DNA of 64,000 bases from a bacterium (GTDB lineage Bacteria; Patescibacteriota; Minisyncoccia; Moranbacterales; GWC2-37-73), in contig QKEW01000001.1 in the NCBI GenBank assembly GCA_003251635.1, forward strand, positions 15,588-79,587, written 5' to 3'. Each line of letters starts with the position of its first letter. Position 1 is the stretch's first letter. Below, in pieces: positions 27,675 to 37,096 of this stretch. The translations under genes were made by a program, and so were the position numbers. A model generated the notes under the pieces. That model made no database searches and was not told the origin of the DNA. It saw only the letters and a list, made by a program, of their open reading frames with translations.

Positions 27675-30608
27675 TTGGTGAAAAATCAAACCGATAAAAT
27701 TGAAAATGTGGATGGATTTGCGCGGCAAATTGTGATCAAAGGTGCGCGCGAACACAATCTGAAAAACATCGACCTGGTCTTGCCACGAGGTAAGTTCATC
27801 GTGTTTACCGGAATTTCCGGCTCGGGCAAATCAACCTTGGCTTTTGATACCATCTTTGCCGAGGGCCAGCGGCGTTATTTGGAAAGTTTGTCTTCCTATG
27901 CCAGACAGTTTTTGGGACAGATGGATAAACCCGACGTGGATTATATTGAAGGACTTTCGCCGACCATTTCAATTGATCAAAAATCTACTTCACACAATCC
28001 CCGTTCAACGGTTGGAACAGTAACCGAAATCCATGACTATCTGCGCTTGCTGTTTGCCAAAATCGGACGGCCGCATTGTCCGGTTTGCGGTCGGGAGATT
28101 ACTCAGCTTTCGGTTGATGAAATTGTGGATCGGATTTTTGATTTGCCAAACTCTTTAGGCGGAAAAAATAAGAAAATAAAAATTTCTCAAATCGAAATTC
28201 TTTCACCGATCGTGCGATCACGCAAAGGTGAATATTTGGCACTTTTAGACGACATGTTTCGGCGTGGATTTTCACGGGCGATTGTGGATGGCAAAAGAAT
28301 TCAATTGGAAAATCATCAAGATTTGAAATTGGAGAAAAATAAAAAGCACAATATTGATGTGGTGGTGGATCGTTTGGATTTGAATGAAGATAATATTTCA
28401 CGAATTTTTGAAGGAGTGGAAAAAGCTCTGAGACTTTCCGAAGGGTTGGTTAAAATTTTCTGTTGGGAAAAATCTTCCCAAAAAGAAGAAAAAAATTGTG
28501 GCGAACAGATTTACAATCAAAAACTGTCTTGTCCGCTTCATGACATTGAGTTTCCGGAATTGGAACCGCGACTTTTTTCTTTCAATTCGCCGTTCGGCGC
28601 TTGTGAAAGCTGTGAGGGATTGGGAGCTAAAAAAGAAATCGATCCGGCTCGTTTGATTCCGGACAAAAATAAAACGATTGCGGAGGGTGGAATCATGCCT
28701 TGGAGCTACAAGCGAAACAACTATCAAGGAACTTTGCTTAGCGCGGTTTGCGCCCATTTTCGGATTCCCGACAATAAAAGAATTCGGGATCTAAAAAAAG
28801 AACAATTGGACATTTTGCTTTTTGGCGCTGAGGAAGAAGAATTGATTCGGATCAAATATCATTTCCGCAGCGGTAATCATGTCTATCAAATTCATTGGAA
28901 GGGTGTGATCAATTGGTTGGAAGAAAGATATCGCAGCACTTCCTCGGAGGCGGTTCGCGCCGATATTGAAAAATATATGTCGCAAAAACCTTGTTCGACT
29001 TGCCAAGGTTCGCGCTATAAAAAAGAGGCTTTACTGGTGACGGTCGGTGAAAAAAATATTTTTGAAGTTTCAACTTTGAGCATTCGAAATTGTCAGGATT
29101 TTTTTGCCAAGCTCAAACTTAGTCAGCGCGAAGAAATGATTGCCGGTCGCATCTTGAAAGAAATCATCACCCGCTTGGAATTTCTCAACAATGTCGGTTT
29201 GGATTATTTAACTTTGCATCGAGCGGCCTATTCGCTCTCTGGTGGTGAATCGCAACGAATTCGTTTGGCTTCGCAAATCGGCTCGCAATTAGTGGGCGTG
29301 CTCTATATTTTGGATGAGCCGTCAATTGGACTTCACGCTCGAGATAACACCAAATTGATTGAAACTTTGCGGCATTTGCAAAAAATCGGCAACACCTTGA
29401 TTGTGATTGAACATGATGAAGAAACTATGCGCAGCGCTGATTGGCTGGTGGATATTGGTCCAGGAGCAGGCAAGCATGGGGGTGAGGTTATATCCCAAGG
29501 TACGCCTGAGCAGGTGATTGCTGATCCGAAATCTTTGACCGGTCAATATTTGCGCGGTGAAAAAACAATTGAAATCCCGCGTTTGCGCCGCACTGTCAAT
29601 CGCAAGAAAAATATCATTGTTAAAAATGCCAGTGAAAATAATTTAAAAAACATTACGGTCGAGTTTCCACTTAAAGTTTTCACTTGCGTGACTGGAGTTT
29701 CTGGTAGTGGCAAATCAACCTTGGTTGAAGACACTCTCTATAAAGCTTTGGCGCACAAATTGCACCGGGCTTTGGACGTGCCGGGAAAACACCAGGAAAT
29801 TTTGGGAATAGAAAATATCAACAAAGTCATCATGATTGACCAGTCGCCGATTGGGCGAACTCCTCGATCTAACCCGGCTACTTATACTGGACTTTTCACG
29901 CATATCCGAGAACTGTTTGCTCAAGCCAAAGATGCGCGACTCCGGGGCTACGGTCCGGGAAGATTTTCTTTTAATGTTAATGGCGGACGCTGTGATAATT
30001 GTCAGGGGGAGGGATTTTTGAAAATCGAAATGCAGTTTATGCCGGATGTCTATTTGCCGTGCGATGTTTGTCAGGGTCAGCGTTACAATCGTGAGACTTT
30101 GCAGGTCAGATATAAAAATAAAACCATTGCGGATGTTTTGGCGATGACAGTTTCGGAGGCTCGAGAATTTTTTGCCAATTTCCCCAAAATTCACGATCCG
30201 CTGGCAGTCTTGGAAGACGTCGGCTTGGGCTATATTGAATTGGGTCAAAGCGCGACCACGCTTTCCGGTGGTGAAGCTCAGCGCATCAAATTGGCCAGTG
30301 AGCTTTCGCGTCGAGCTACCGGTGACACTTTCTATATTTTGGATGAACCGACAACCGGTCTTCATTTTGAAGACATTCAAAAATTATTGGTTGTTTTGAA
30401 TCGTTTGGTGGATGCCGGTAACACGGTGGTAGTGATTGAACATAATTTGGATGTGATTAAGACGGCGGATTGGCTCATTGATTTGGGACCGGAAGGCGGC
30501 GAAGGTGGCGGTCGGGTGATTGTGACCGGCTGCCCGGAAGAAGTGGCTAAATACGAAAAGGAAAGTCACACAGCCAAATATTTGAAGCAAGTTTTGAGGA
30601 GAAAATAA
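27675..30608 (+). CDS. uvrA: Excinuclease ABC subunit A (full-length class I)
   Basis: Two ABC ATPase modules (GISGSGKST, LSGGESQRIRLA, LDEPSIGLH; second GVSGSGKST, LSGGEAQRIKLA), zinc fingers CPVCG/CSTCQG/CDNCQGEG/CDVCQG, and a UvrB-binding region. 977 aa. Confidence 0.9.
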   Translation: MVKNQTDKIENVDGFARQIVIKGAREHNLKNIDLVLPRGKFIVFTGISGSGKSTLAFDTIFAEGQRRYLESLSSYARQFLGQMDKPDVDYIEGLSPTISIDQKSTSHNPRSTVGTVTEIHDYLRLLFAKIGRPHCPVCGREITQLSVDEIVDRIFDLPNSLGGKNKKIKISQIEILSPIVRSRKGEYLALLDDMFRRGFSRAIVDGKRIQLENHQDLKLEKNKKHNIDVVVDRLDLNEDNISRIFEGVEKALRLSEGLVKIFCWEKSSQKEEKNCGEQIYNQKLSCPLHDIEFPELEPRLFSFNSPFGACESCEGLGAKKEIDPARLIPDKNKTIAEGGIMPWSYKRNNYQGTLLSAVCAHFRIPDNKRIRDLKKEQLDILLFGAEEEELIRIKYHFRSGNHVYQIHWKGVINWLEERYRSTSSEAVRADIEKYMSQKPCSTCQGSRYKKEALLVTVGEKNIFEVSTLSIRNCQDFFAKLKLSQREEMIAGRILKEIITRLEFLNNVGLDYLTLHRAAYSLSGGESQRIRLASQIGSQLVGVLYILDEPSIGLHARDNTKLIETLRHLQKIGNTLIVIEHDEETMRSADWLVDIGPGAGKHGGEVISQGTPEQVIADPKSLTGQYLRGEKTIEIPRLRRTVNRKKNIIVKNASENNLKNITVEFPLKVFTCVTGVSGSGKSTLVEDTLYKALAHKLHRALDVPGKHQEILGIENINKVIMIDQSPIGRTPRSNPATYTGLFTHIRELFAQAKDARLRGYGPGRFSFNVNGGRCDNCQGEGFLKIEMQFMPDVYLPCDVCQGQRYNRETLQVRYKNKTIADVLAMTVSEAREFFANFPKIHDPLAVLEDVGLGYIELGQSATTLSGGEAQRIKLASELSRRATGDTFYILDEPTTGLHFEDIQKLLVVLNRLVDAGNTVVVIEHNLDVIKTADWLIDLGPEGGEGGGRVIVTGCPEEVAKYEKESHTAKYLKQVLRRK

Positions 30609-30609
30609 A

Positions 30610-31863
30610 ATGAATTTATCTGAAAAAATCAAACAATTTCCTCAATCGCCTGGCGTTTATTTTTTCTATGGCGATAAAGCTGAAATTTTGTATATTGGCA
30701 AAGCAACCAATCTGCGCTCGCGGGTTTCTTCCTATTTTCGCGGAGCGGATGGACGGGGTGAGCGGATTGAGGCCATGGTAGCTCAGGCTCAAGACGTGAA
30801 ATTTGAAACCACTGACTCGGTTTTGGAGGCTTTGATTTTGGAAAGCAACCTGATTAAAAAGCACCAGCCGAAATATAATGTTCAGGAAAAAGATGACAAG
30901 TCTTTTTCCTATTTTGCGATTACCAAGGAAGAATTTCCACGGGTTGTGATTGTGCGCCAGACGGATTTGAAAAAAGCGGATTCGGATCTAAAAAAAATAA
31001 AATTTGAAATTGCCAAAACCTTCGGGCCCTACACTAGCAAAAAACAAATGGAAGTGGCGCTCAAAATTATTCGACGGATTTTCCCTTTTCATTCCAACTT
31101 ACAAAAAACCGAAAAGGGTTGTCTGGATTTTCAGTTGGGTCGTTGCCCGGGACCCTATGTCGGGGCGATTTCCAAAAAAGATTACGCAAAAAATATCCGA
31201 GCAATTGAAATGATTTTGAATGGCAAGAAAAAAAGATTAATTTTGGATTTGGAAAAACAAATGCGCTTGGCGGCCAAAGATGGGGAGTTTGAAAAAGCGG
31301 CTGAGCTTAGAGACAAAATTTTTGTCCTTAACCATTTGCGGGAGGTGGCGCTACTTTCGGATTTTGAAGGAGATTTAGTTGATAAGCATTCAAAAAAAAT
31401 TCGCATTGAAGCTTATGATATTTCCAACATTTCCGGTCAAGCAGCGGTCGGCTCAATGGTTGTTTTTATTGGCAGTGAACCAGATAAGAATCAGTATCGT
31501 AAATTCAAAATAAAAAGTGTTTCCGGAATCAATGACGTGGCTATGATGGCTGAAGTTTTGCGGCGGCGCTGGGCTAATGATTGGCCGCAACCGGACTTGG
31601 TTTTGTTAGATGGCGGAATGGGTCATTTGCAAATGGCTGAAAAAATTTGGCGCGAATTGAAATTGGAAAGTGCCCTGGCGGCGGTAGCCAAAGGCGTCGA
31701 GCGCAAAAATGTGGATGTGCGTCTCTCAGTTGTCTCCAGACCGACCGATGCTCTCAAAAAAGTTTTGGCTGATAAGAATCTTTTGAAAAAAGTTATGGAC
31801 GAAGCCCATCGCTTTGCTATTGGTTACCATCGGCAAAGAAGATCTAAAGAATTTATAAATTAA
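30610..31863 (+). CDS. uvrC: Excinuclease ABC subunit C, short form (GIY-YIG, UVR and RNase H-like domains; no C-terminal (HhH)2 domain)
   Basis: GIY-YIG GVYFFYGDKAEILYIGKATNLRSR, UVR domain QMRLAAKDGEFEKAAELRDKIFVL, and UvrC homology region IEAYDISNISGQAAVGSMVVF...YRKFKIK...DLVLLDGGMGHL. The protein ends at 417 aa. Confidence 0.8.
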   Translation: MNLSEKIKQFPQSPGVYFFYGDKAEILYIGKATNLRSRVSSYFRGADGRGERIEAMVAQAQDVKFETTDSVLEALILESNLIKKHQPKYNVQEKDDKSFSYFAITKEEFPRVVIVRQTDLKKADSDLKKIKFEIAKTFGPYTSKKQMEVALKIIRRIFPFHSNLQKTEKGCLDFQLGRCPGPYVGAISKKDYAKNIRAIEMILNGKKKRLILDLEKQMRLAAKDGEFEKAAELRDKIFVLNHLREVALLSDFEGDLVDKHSKKIRIEAYDISNISGQAAVGSMVVFIGSEPDKNQYRKFKIKSVSGINDVAMMAEVLRRRWANDWPQPDLVLLDGGMGHLQMAEKIWRELKLESALAAVAKGVERKNVDVRLSVVSRPTDALKKVLADKNLLKKVMDEAHRFAIGYHRQRRSKEFIN

Positions 31864-31865
31864 AT

Positions 31866-32894
31866 TTGGATAAAAGTTTCATGAAAAAAATTTTCCAAAA
31901 TCAAAATTTTAAAACAATGAGATTACTTTTGGGATTGGCAGTGTTGTTTTTGATGCTGGGCGTCGGTTTTTCCTTTCAAGATAAGAAGCACGTTTTTTCA
32001 AGGGAGCAGGAAATTTCCATAAAAAAAGTTCAGGCGGACTTGGCGAGCGGCGAAAAATATTCCCAAGATCCAGTTGAGATTATTTTTGGTGGCGATGTGA
32101 TGTTGGATCGTTACATTCGGCAAGTTATTGAGCGGCGTGGCGGAGATTTCATTTGGCAAAAAATTATTTCTGAGTTGCAAATGGCTGAAGGCGTAGTTGT
32201 TAATTTGGAAGGCCCGATAACTTCCAATGAATCAGTCAGTGTGAATACTCAAATTGGCGAGAGGAATAATTATATTTTCACTTTTGATTCAGGAGTAACT
32301 GATTTTTTGAAGGACGCCAATATTCGGGCAGTCAATTTGGGAAATAATCACATTCTCAATTTTGGATCAGATGGCGCCAAACAAACTCAAAAATATCTGC
32401 AAGAAGCCGGCATTACTTTTTTTGGAAATTTTCAGGGCAACTCGGCGCCTGGCTGGAGAACCTTGGAAATTGAGGGATTAAAAATTGCCTTGGTTAATTT
32501 CAATCAATTTTCGTCCGGAGCTGTGGAGAAAACTTTAGCGGATTTGAAAGAAGCTCAAGTGAAAAATGATTTTGTAGTCTTGATGCCTCACTGGGGAAAT
32601 GAATACGAAAATTATATCAATGAAAAGCAAAAGGAGTTAGCTCGGCGCTTTATTGAAGCTGGGGCTGATTTGGTTATCGGCTCTCATCCGCACGTTGTGC
32701 AGCTCAGTGAAACCTATCAGGGTCGAAAAATTTATTATTCACTGGGAAATTTCATCTTCGATCAATATTTTAGCGAGGAAACACAAAAAGGCTTATTAGT
32801 AAAAGCGGTTTTTGACAAGAAAAACCACTCAATTGATTTTCAAGAACTACGCTTGAATTTAAATGCTAATGGGCAAGTGGAAATAGTTCGCTAA
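31866..32894 (+). CDS. CapA/PGA_cap-family metallophosphatase-like protein (poly-gamma-glutamate capsule synthesis family), N-terminal TM/signal
   Basis: IFGGDVMLDR, NLGNNHILNFG and GSHPHVVQ motifs typical of the CapA family. 342 aa. Confidence 0.7.
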   Translation: MDKSFMKKIFQNQNFKTMRLLLGLAVLFLMLGVGFSFQDKKHVFSREQEISIKKVQADLASGEKYSQDPVEIIFGGDVMLDRYIRQVIERRGGDFIWQKIISELQMAEGVVVNLEGPITSNESVSVNTQIGERNNYIFTFDSGVTDFLKDANIRAVNLGNNHILNFGSDGAKQTQKYLQEAGITFFGNFQGNSAPGWRTLEIEGLKIALVNFNQFSSGAVEKTLADLKEAQVKNDFVVLMPHWGNEYENYINEKQKELARRFIEAGADLVIGSHPHVVQLSETYQGRKIYYSLGNFIFDQYFSEETQKGLLVKAVFDKKNHSIDFQELRLNLNANGQVEIVR

Positions 32895-33035
32895 AAATCA
32901 AGTTTTTTCAAATTTTACCATTTTGGACCCGACTCTTTACCTCGGATTAATTTTCTGATAACATACATACTTAGCGAATAGCTTTTTAAATTTTAAATTA
33001 ATGATTATCCAGTTGAGATAATGTTTAAATAAGGT

Positions 33036-35846
33036 ATGGCGAAAAAAAATTCTTCCCTAAATCAAAATAGATCTGAAATCGTTATTCGAGGTGTCAGAGT
33101 GAATAACTTAAAAAATATTGATTTGCAAATCCCACGGGATAAATTCGTGGTAATAACCGGGCTTAGCGGTAGCGGTAAATCATCAGTGGCTTTCGATACG
33201 GTTTATGCGGAGGGTAATCGTCGCTATATGGAAAGCCTTTCTTCCTATGCTCAGAATTTCCTGGAGCCATCCGCCAAGCCGGAAGTTGATCAGATTGAAA
33301 ATTTGAGCCCGTCAATTTCCATCGACCAAAAAAGTATCAGTCGCTCTCCGCGTTCAACGGTTGGAACCTTGACCGAGATTTATGATTATTTGCGAATTCT
33401 TTTTGCCAAGGTTGGTACTATGTATTGTCCCGAATGCGGGCAGGTGATGAGGCGCAAAACCAATCGGCAGATTTTATCGGACATTTTGTCTTTGGAGCAC
33501 CATGCTTCAGTGGTCATTTTGGCTCCTTTGAAAAGTCAGCATGGCGATTTGAAAGAAAATTTACGCAATATTTCGCAACTGGGTTATGCTCGGATTCGCT
33601 CTGGCAATAAAATAATAACAATCAACGAGGCTCAGGCTGATCCGGATTTGCTTTCGCAATCTTCCGATGGTAGTCAGATGGAAATTGTGGTTGATCGTTT
33701 GATTTTGGATCGAAAAGAGCCGGATGAGGAAAGGATTTTGGATTCGATCGAAACGGCCATGAAACTCAGTGGCGGTTCGATGACGGTTTTGGTTGATAAT
33801 AAAACGGAGCAAAAATACAACCGAGACTTTTTTTGTGCTAATTGTAAAATAAAGATCAAAGAAATTTCGCCGCGTCATTTTTCTTTTAACAATCCGGAAG
33901 GTGCTTGTTCGGTTTGTAGTGGCTTGGGTTATGTCCCGACTGTTAATCCGGAACTGGTTATCGCCAATCGAAACCTATCGATTTTGGAAGGAGCTATTTT
34001 GCCTTGGAGTAAATCCGGTGGTCGGATAAGCAATCAAAATGGAAATTGGGATAATTTGAAATCAGCCGCTCGCAAATATAAATTTTCCCTCACTGCGCCT
34101 TTGAAAAAGTTTTCTGCCAAACAAATGGAAATTTTGCTGCATGGAAATGAGGAATTTGAGGGTGTGATTGGCGGGCTTTTGCAGAAATATCAACAAACCA
34201 AGTCTGATTATGTTCGAGCAGAAATTGAAAAATATATGACCTCGGATATTTGTGGTGAATGTCAGGGTCGAAAATTAAAAAAAGAATTTTTAGCAGTGCG
34301 AGTAGAGAATAAATCAATCGATGATTTGGTGAGGATGAGTATAAATGATTTGAGGAATTTTTTTCAAAATTTCAATAGCTGGTCTTTGAAGGAGAATGAA
34401 AAAAATATCGCCAAACCATTAGTGGAAGAAGCCGCTAAAAGATTGGAAGCTTTGGAGAATGTCGGTTTGGATTATTTGAATCTGGGTCGCAGCGCTCAGA
34501 CGATTTCCGGCGGAGAGGCTCAAAGGATAAGATTGGCAACTCAGCTCAATTCTCAATTGATGGGAATAGTTTATGTTTTGGATGAACCGTCTGTTGGTCT
34601 TCACAGTCGGGATACTGAAAAGCTGATTTCTACTCTGAAAAGATTGCAGGATTTAGGAAATTCATTGGTGGTGGTTGAACATGACGAGAGCATCATTAAG
34701 GCGGCGGATTGGATTATCGATATGGGGCCGGGTGCCGGTGAAGAAGGCGGGACGGTGGTTTTTGACGGTCCATATGAAAAACTTTTGAAATCGAAAAGTC
34801 TGACTGCTCAATATATTTTGGATCGAAAAAAAATCAGTTCCAAGAAAAAAATTCAAAAAGGCAATGGAAAAGAAATAAAAATAATTGGTGCTAGTGAAAA
34901 TAATTTAAAAAATATCGATATTAAAATTCCATTGGGAAAATTTGTGGTTATGTGTGGAGTTTCCGGCAGTGGAAAATCGACTTTGGTGAGGGATATAATT
35001 TCTAAGGCTTTGGCGCGGCATTTCTATAAAGCCAAGGATTTGCCTGGAAATCACCGAAAAATTGTCGGTTTGAGCAATATAGATAAGGTGATAAGCATCA
35101 ATCAGAGTCCGATTGGTCGAACCCCGCGTTCCAATGCGGCAACTTACACCGGGCTTTTTACTCATATTCGTGAACTTTTTGCCCAAACTGAGGAAGCTAA
35201 AAATCGGGGATACAGCGCCAGTCGCTTTAGTTTTAATATGAAAGGCGGTCGTTGCGAGGTTTGTCAGGGTGATGGTTTGAAAAAAATTGAAATGCATCTT
35301 TTGCCAGACATGTATGTTAGGTGCGAAAGTTGCGGAGGAACTCGCTATAATCGCAAAACATTGGAAATTGAATACAAGGGCTTCAATATTGCTGAAGTTT
35401 TGGATATGGATGTGCGATTTGCTTCCAGATTTTTTGCCAAACATCCGCTTATTGTTGAAAAATTGAAAACCATGGAGGATGTTGGTTTGGGTTATCTTAA
35501 ATTAGGTCAAAACGCCACTAGTCTTTCGGGTGGAGAGGCTCAGCGAATTAAGCTGGCTACCGAGTTGGCACGTAAATCAACCGGCCGAACCTTGTATATT
35601 TTGGATGAACCAACTGTTGGGTTGCATTTTGAAGACATCCGTCAGTTGCTGCAGGTTCTGAACGCTTTAGTGGAAAAAGGCAATTCAGTTTTGGTAGTTG
35701 AACACAATTTGGATGTGATTCGCAGTGCTGATTGGGTGATTGAGTTGGGTCCGGATGGTGGCAGTCGAGGCGGTGAAATTATTTTTGAAGGACTGCCGGA
35801 TAATTTGAAAAAAAATCAAAAAAGTTGGACAGCCAGATACCTATAA
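33036..35846 (+). CDS. uvrA: Second full-length UvrA paralog
   Basis: Same module set as the first uvrA (GLSGSGKSS, LSGGEAQRIRLA, CPECG, CGECQG, CEVCQGDG, CESCGG). 936 aa. Clearly diverged from the first copy, so not a recent duplicate. Confidence 0.9.
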   Translation: MAKKNSSLNQNRSEIVIRGVRVNNLKNIDLQIPRDKFVVITGLSGSGKSSVAFDTVYAEGNRRYMESLSSYAQNFLEPSAKPEVDQIENLSPSISIDQKSISRSPRSTVGTLTEIYDYLRILFAKVGTMYCPECGQVMRRKTNRQILSDILSLEHHASVVILAPLKSQHGDLKENLRNISQLGYARIRSGNKIITINEAQADPDLLSQSSDGSQMEIVVDRLILDRKEPDEERILDSIETAMKLSGGSMTVLVDNKTEQKYNRDFFCANCKIKIKEISPRHFSFNNPEGACSVCSGLGYVPTVNPELVIANRNLSILEGAILPWSKSGGRISNQNGNWDNLKSAARKYKFSLTAPLKKFSAKQMEILLHGNEEFEGVIGGLLQKYQQTKSDYVRAEIEKYMTSDICGECQGRKLKKEFLAVRVENKSIDDLVRMSINDLRNFFQNFNSWSLKENEKNIAKPLVEEAAKRLEALENVGLDYLNLGRSAQTISGGEAQRIRLATQLNSQLMGIVYVLDEPSVGLHSRDTEKLISTLKRLQDLGNSLVVVEHDESIIKAADWIIDMGPGAGEEGGTVVFDGPYEKLLKSKSLTAQYILDRKKISSKKKIQKGNGKEIKIIGASENNLKNIDIKIPLGKFVVMCGVSGSGKSTLVRDIISKALARHFYKAKDLPGNHRKIVGLSNIDKVISINQSPIGRTPRSNAATYTGLFTHIRELFAQTEEAKNRGYSASRFSFNMKGGRCEVCQGDGLKKIEMHLLPDMYVRCESCGGTRYNRKTLEIEYKGFNIAEVLDMDVRFASRFFAKHPLIVEKLKTMEDVGLGYLKLGQNATSLSGGEAQRIKLATELARKSTGRTLYILDEPTVGLHFEDIRQLLQVLNALVEKGNSVLVVEHNLDVIRSADWVIELGPDGGSRGGEIIFEGLPDNLKKNQKSWTARYL

Positions 35847-35881
35847 CTAACAACTAACAACTAACAACTAACAACTAACAA
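35847..35881 (+). repeat. Perfect tandem heptamer repeat (CTAACAA)x5 starting at the uvrA2 stop codon
   Basis: ctaacaactaacaactaacaactaacaactaacaa read directly, followed by a further G-poor CA-rich tract to 35934. Confidence 0.9.
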
Positions 35882-35934
35882 ACCTAGAAGCTGTTTCTAA
35901 AAATCTAATAACCTAAAAACTATAAGCTAAATAC

Positions 35935-36600
35935 ATGGGAATTTTATATATCGTAGCTACGCCAATCGGCAATTTGGAAGATATAACTTTGAGAGCCTTA
36001 CGTATCTTGAAAGAAGTTGATTTGGTGTTATGTGAAGACACTCGGGTAACTCAAAGATTATTGTCTCGCTATGAAATTTCAACTTCAACCAATTCTTTTC
36101 ATCAGCATTCTTCCCAGGAAAAAATCCAGAAAATTGTTGAACAATTAAGGGAAGGGAAAAATATAGCTTTGGTAACGGATGCTGGCACCCCGGGAGTTTG
36201 CGATCCGGGCAATGTTTTGGTTCAAGCGGCAGTGAAGGAAGATGTTGGAATAATTCCGATTCCGGGTTCTAGTGCTTTGGCTACTTTAATTAGTGTGGCT
36301 GGAATTGATCTGCAAAAATTTGTTTTTTTAGGTTTTCCTCCCCATAAAAAGGGTCGACAGACCTTTTTTGATCAAATTGCCCAAGAAAAAATCCCAGTAA
36401 TCTATTATGAGTCGCCGCATCGGATTTTGAAAAACTTAGAGCTGTTGGAATCTTTGGGTGGAAACAAAAATATTATAGTCGGACGCGAGCTGACTAAGAT
36501 GTTTGAAGAAATTTTTCGAGGGAGTATCTTGGAAGCCAAAACCTATTTTCAAACGGAAAGTCAAAAAATAAAGGGAGAATTTTCCATAATAGTATATTAG
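35935..36600 (+). CDS. rsmI: 16S rRNA 2'-O-methyltransferase RsmI (tetrapyrrole-methylase fold)
   Basis: ILYIVATPIGNLEDITLRALRILKEVDLVLCEDTR N-terminus. 221 aa. No Shine-Dalgarno; preceded by the CA-rich tract. Confidence 0.85.
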   Translation: MGILYIVATPIGNLEDITLRALRILKEVDLVLCEDTRVTQRLLSRYEISTSTNSFHQHSSQEKIQKIVEQLREGKNIALVTDAGTPGVCDPGNVLVQAAVKEDVGIIPIPGSSALATLISVAGIDLQKFVFLGFPPHKKGRQTFFDQIAQEKIPVIYYESPHRILKNLELLESLGGNKNIIVGRELTKMFEEIFRGSILEAKTYFQTESQKIKGEFSIIVY

Positions 36601-36605
36601 TTTTC

Positions 36606-36638
36606 TAGAAGAAGTTATCCACACTACTTCTTTTTTTT
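36606..36638 (+). terminator. Putative intrinsic terminator after rsmI
   Basis: agaagt...acttct stem followed by 8 T. An extended -10 tgttataat follows at 36657-36665. Confidence 0.45.
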
Positions 36639-36699
36639 AAAAAAAAATAAGACTTGTGTTATAATTTGAACATAGGTTAATTTTTTCTTAAAAATAAAA

Positions 36700-37062
36700 A
36701 TGAAAAATAAAAAAACTTTGTATTTGGTTATTGCAGTTATTTTTATTCTCTCGATCGTCGTCGTTGTTTGGAGTTTGTGGATAAGCAATTCGAGAAGAAA
36801 GGCCAATGTTGAAAATTCTGCCGTTAAGCAGGAAAGCCGGCCGGTTTCCGATGTTGAATTGAATGAGGCTCGAGTAAGAGAAATTCAAGAAGCCCTAAAG
36901 AAACAGGAGGAACTGACTGGCACAATAACCGAGGAGGAAAAAACTGAGTTAGTTAAGGAGATTAATGATTCATTAGTTCAGGAAAAAGTTGAATCTGATG
37001 ATTCTCAAGTAGAGGAAAAGAAAGTCCAGGAGATTTTAGATATTCTTGATGGTTTAGAATAA
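36700..37062 (+). CDS. Membrane-anchored acidic coiled-coil protein, hypothetical
   Basis: N-terminal TM LYLVIAVIFILSIVVVVWSLW followed by an E/K-rich helical tail. 120 aa. Confidence 0.4.
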   Translation: MKNKKTLYLVIAVIFILSIVVVVWSLWISNSRRKANVENSAVKQESRPVSDVELNEARVREIQEALKKQEELTGTITEEEKTELVKEINDSLVQEKVESDDSQVEEKKVQEILDILDGLE

Positions 37063-37096
37063 AAATTAGCTCGAATAAATTCTTAACAATATAAAA

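Noticed and set aside
29715-30380. 221-aa minus-strand ORF inside uvrA (similar cases at 34905..35444 in uvrA2, 47590..48075 and 47769..48068 in clpC, 49874..50263 in uvrB)
   Set aside because: All lie antisense to strongly supported ABC or AAA+ genes; no independent evidence.
35847-35881. Tandem heptamer array considered as a possible CRISPR or mini-array
   Set aside because: The unit is 7 bp with no spacers and no cas genes in the window; a simple microsatellite.
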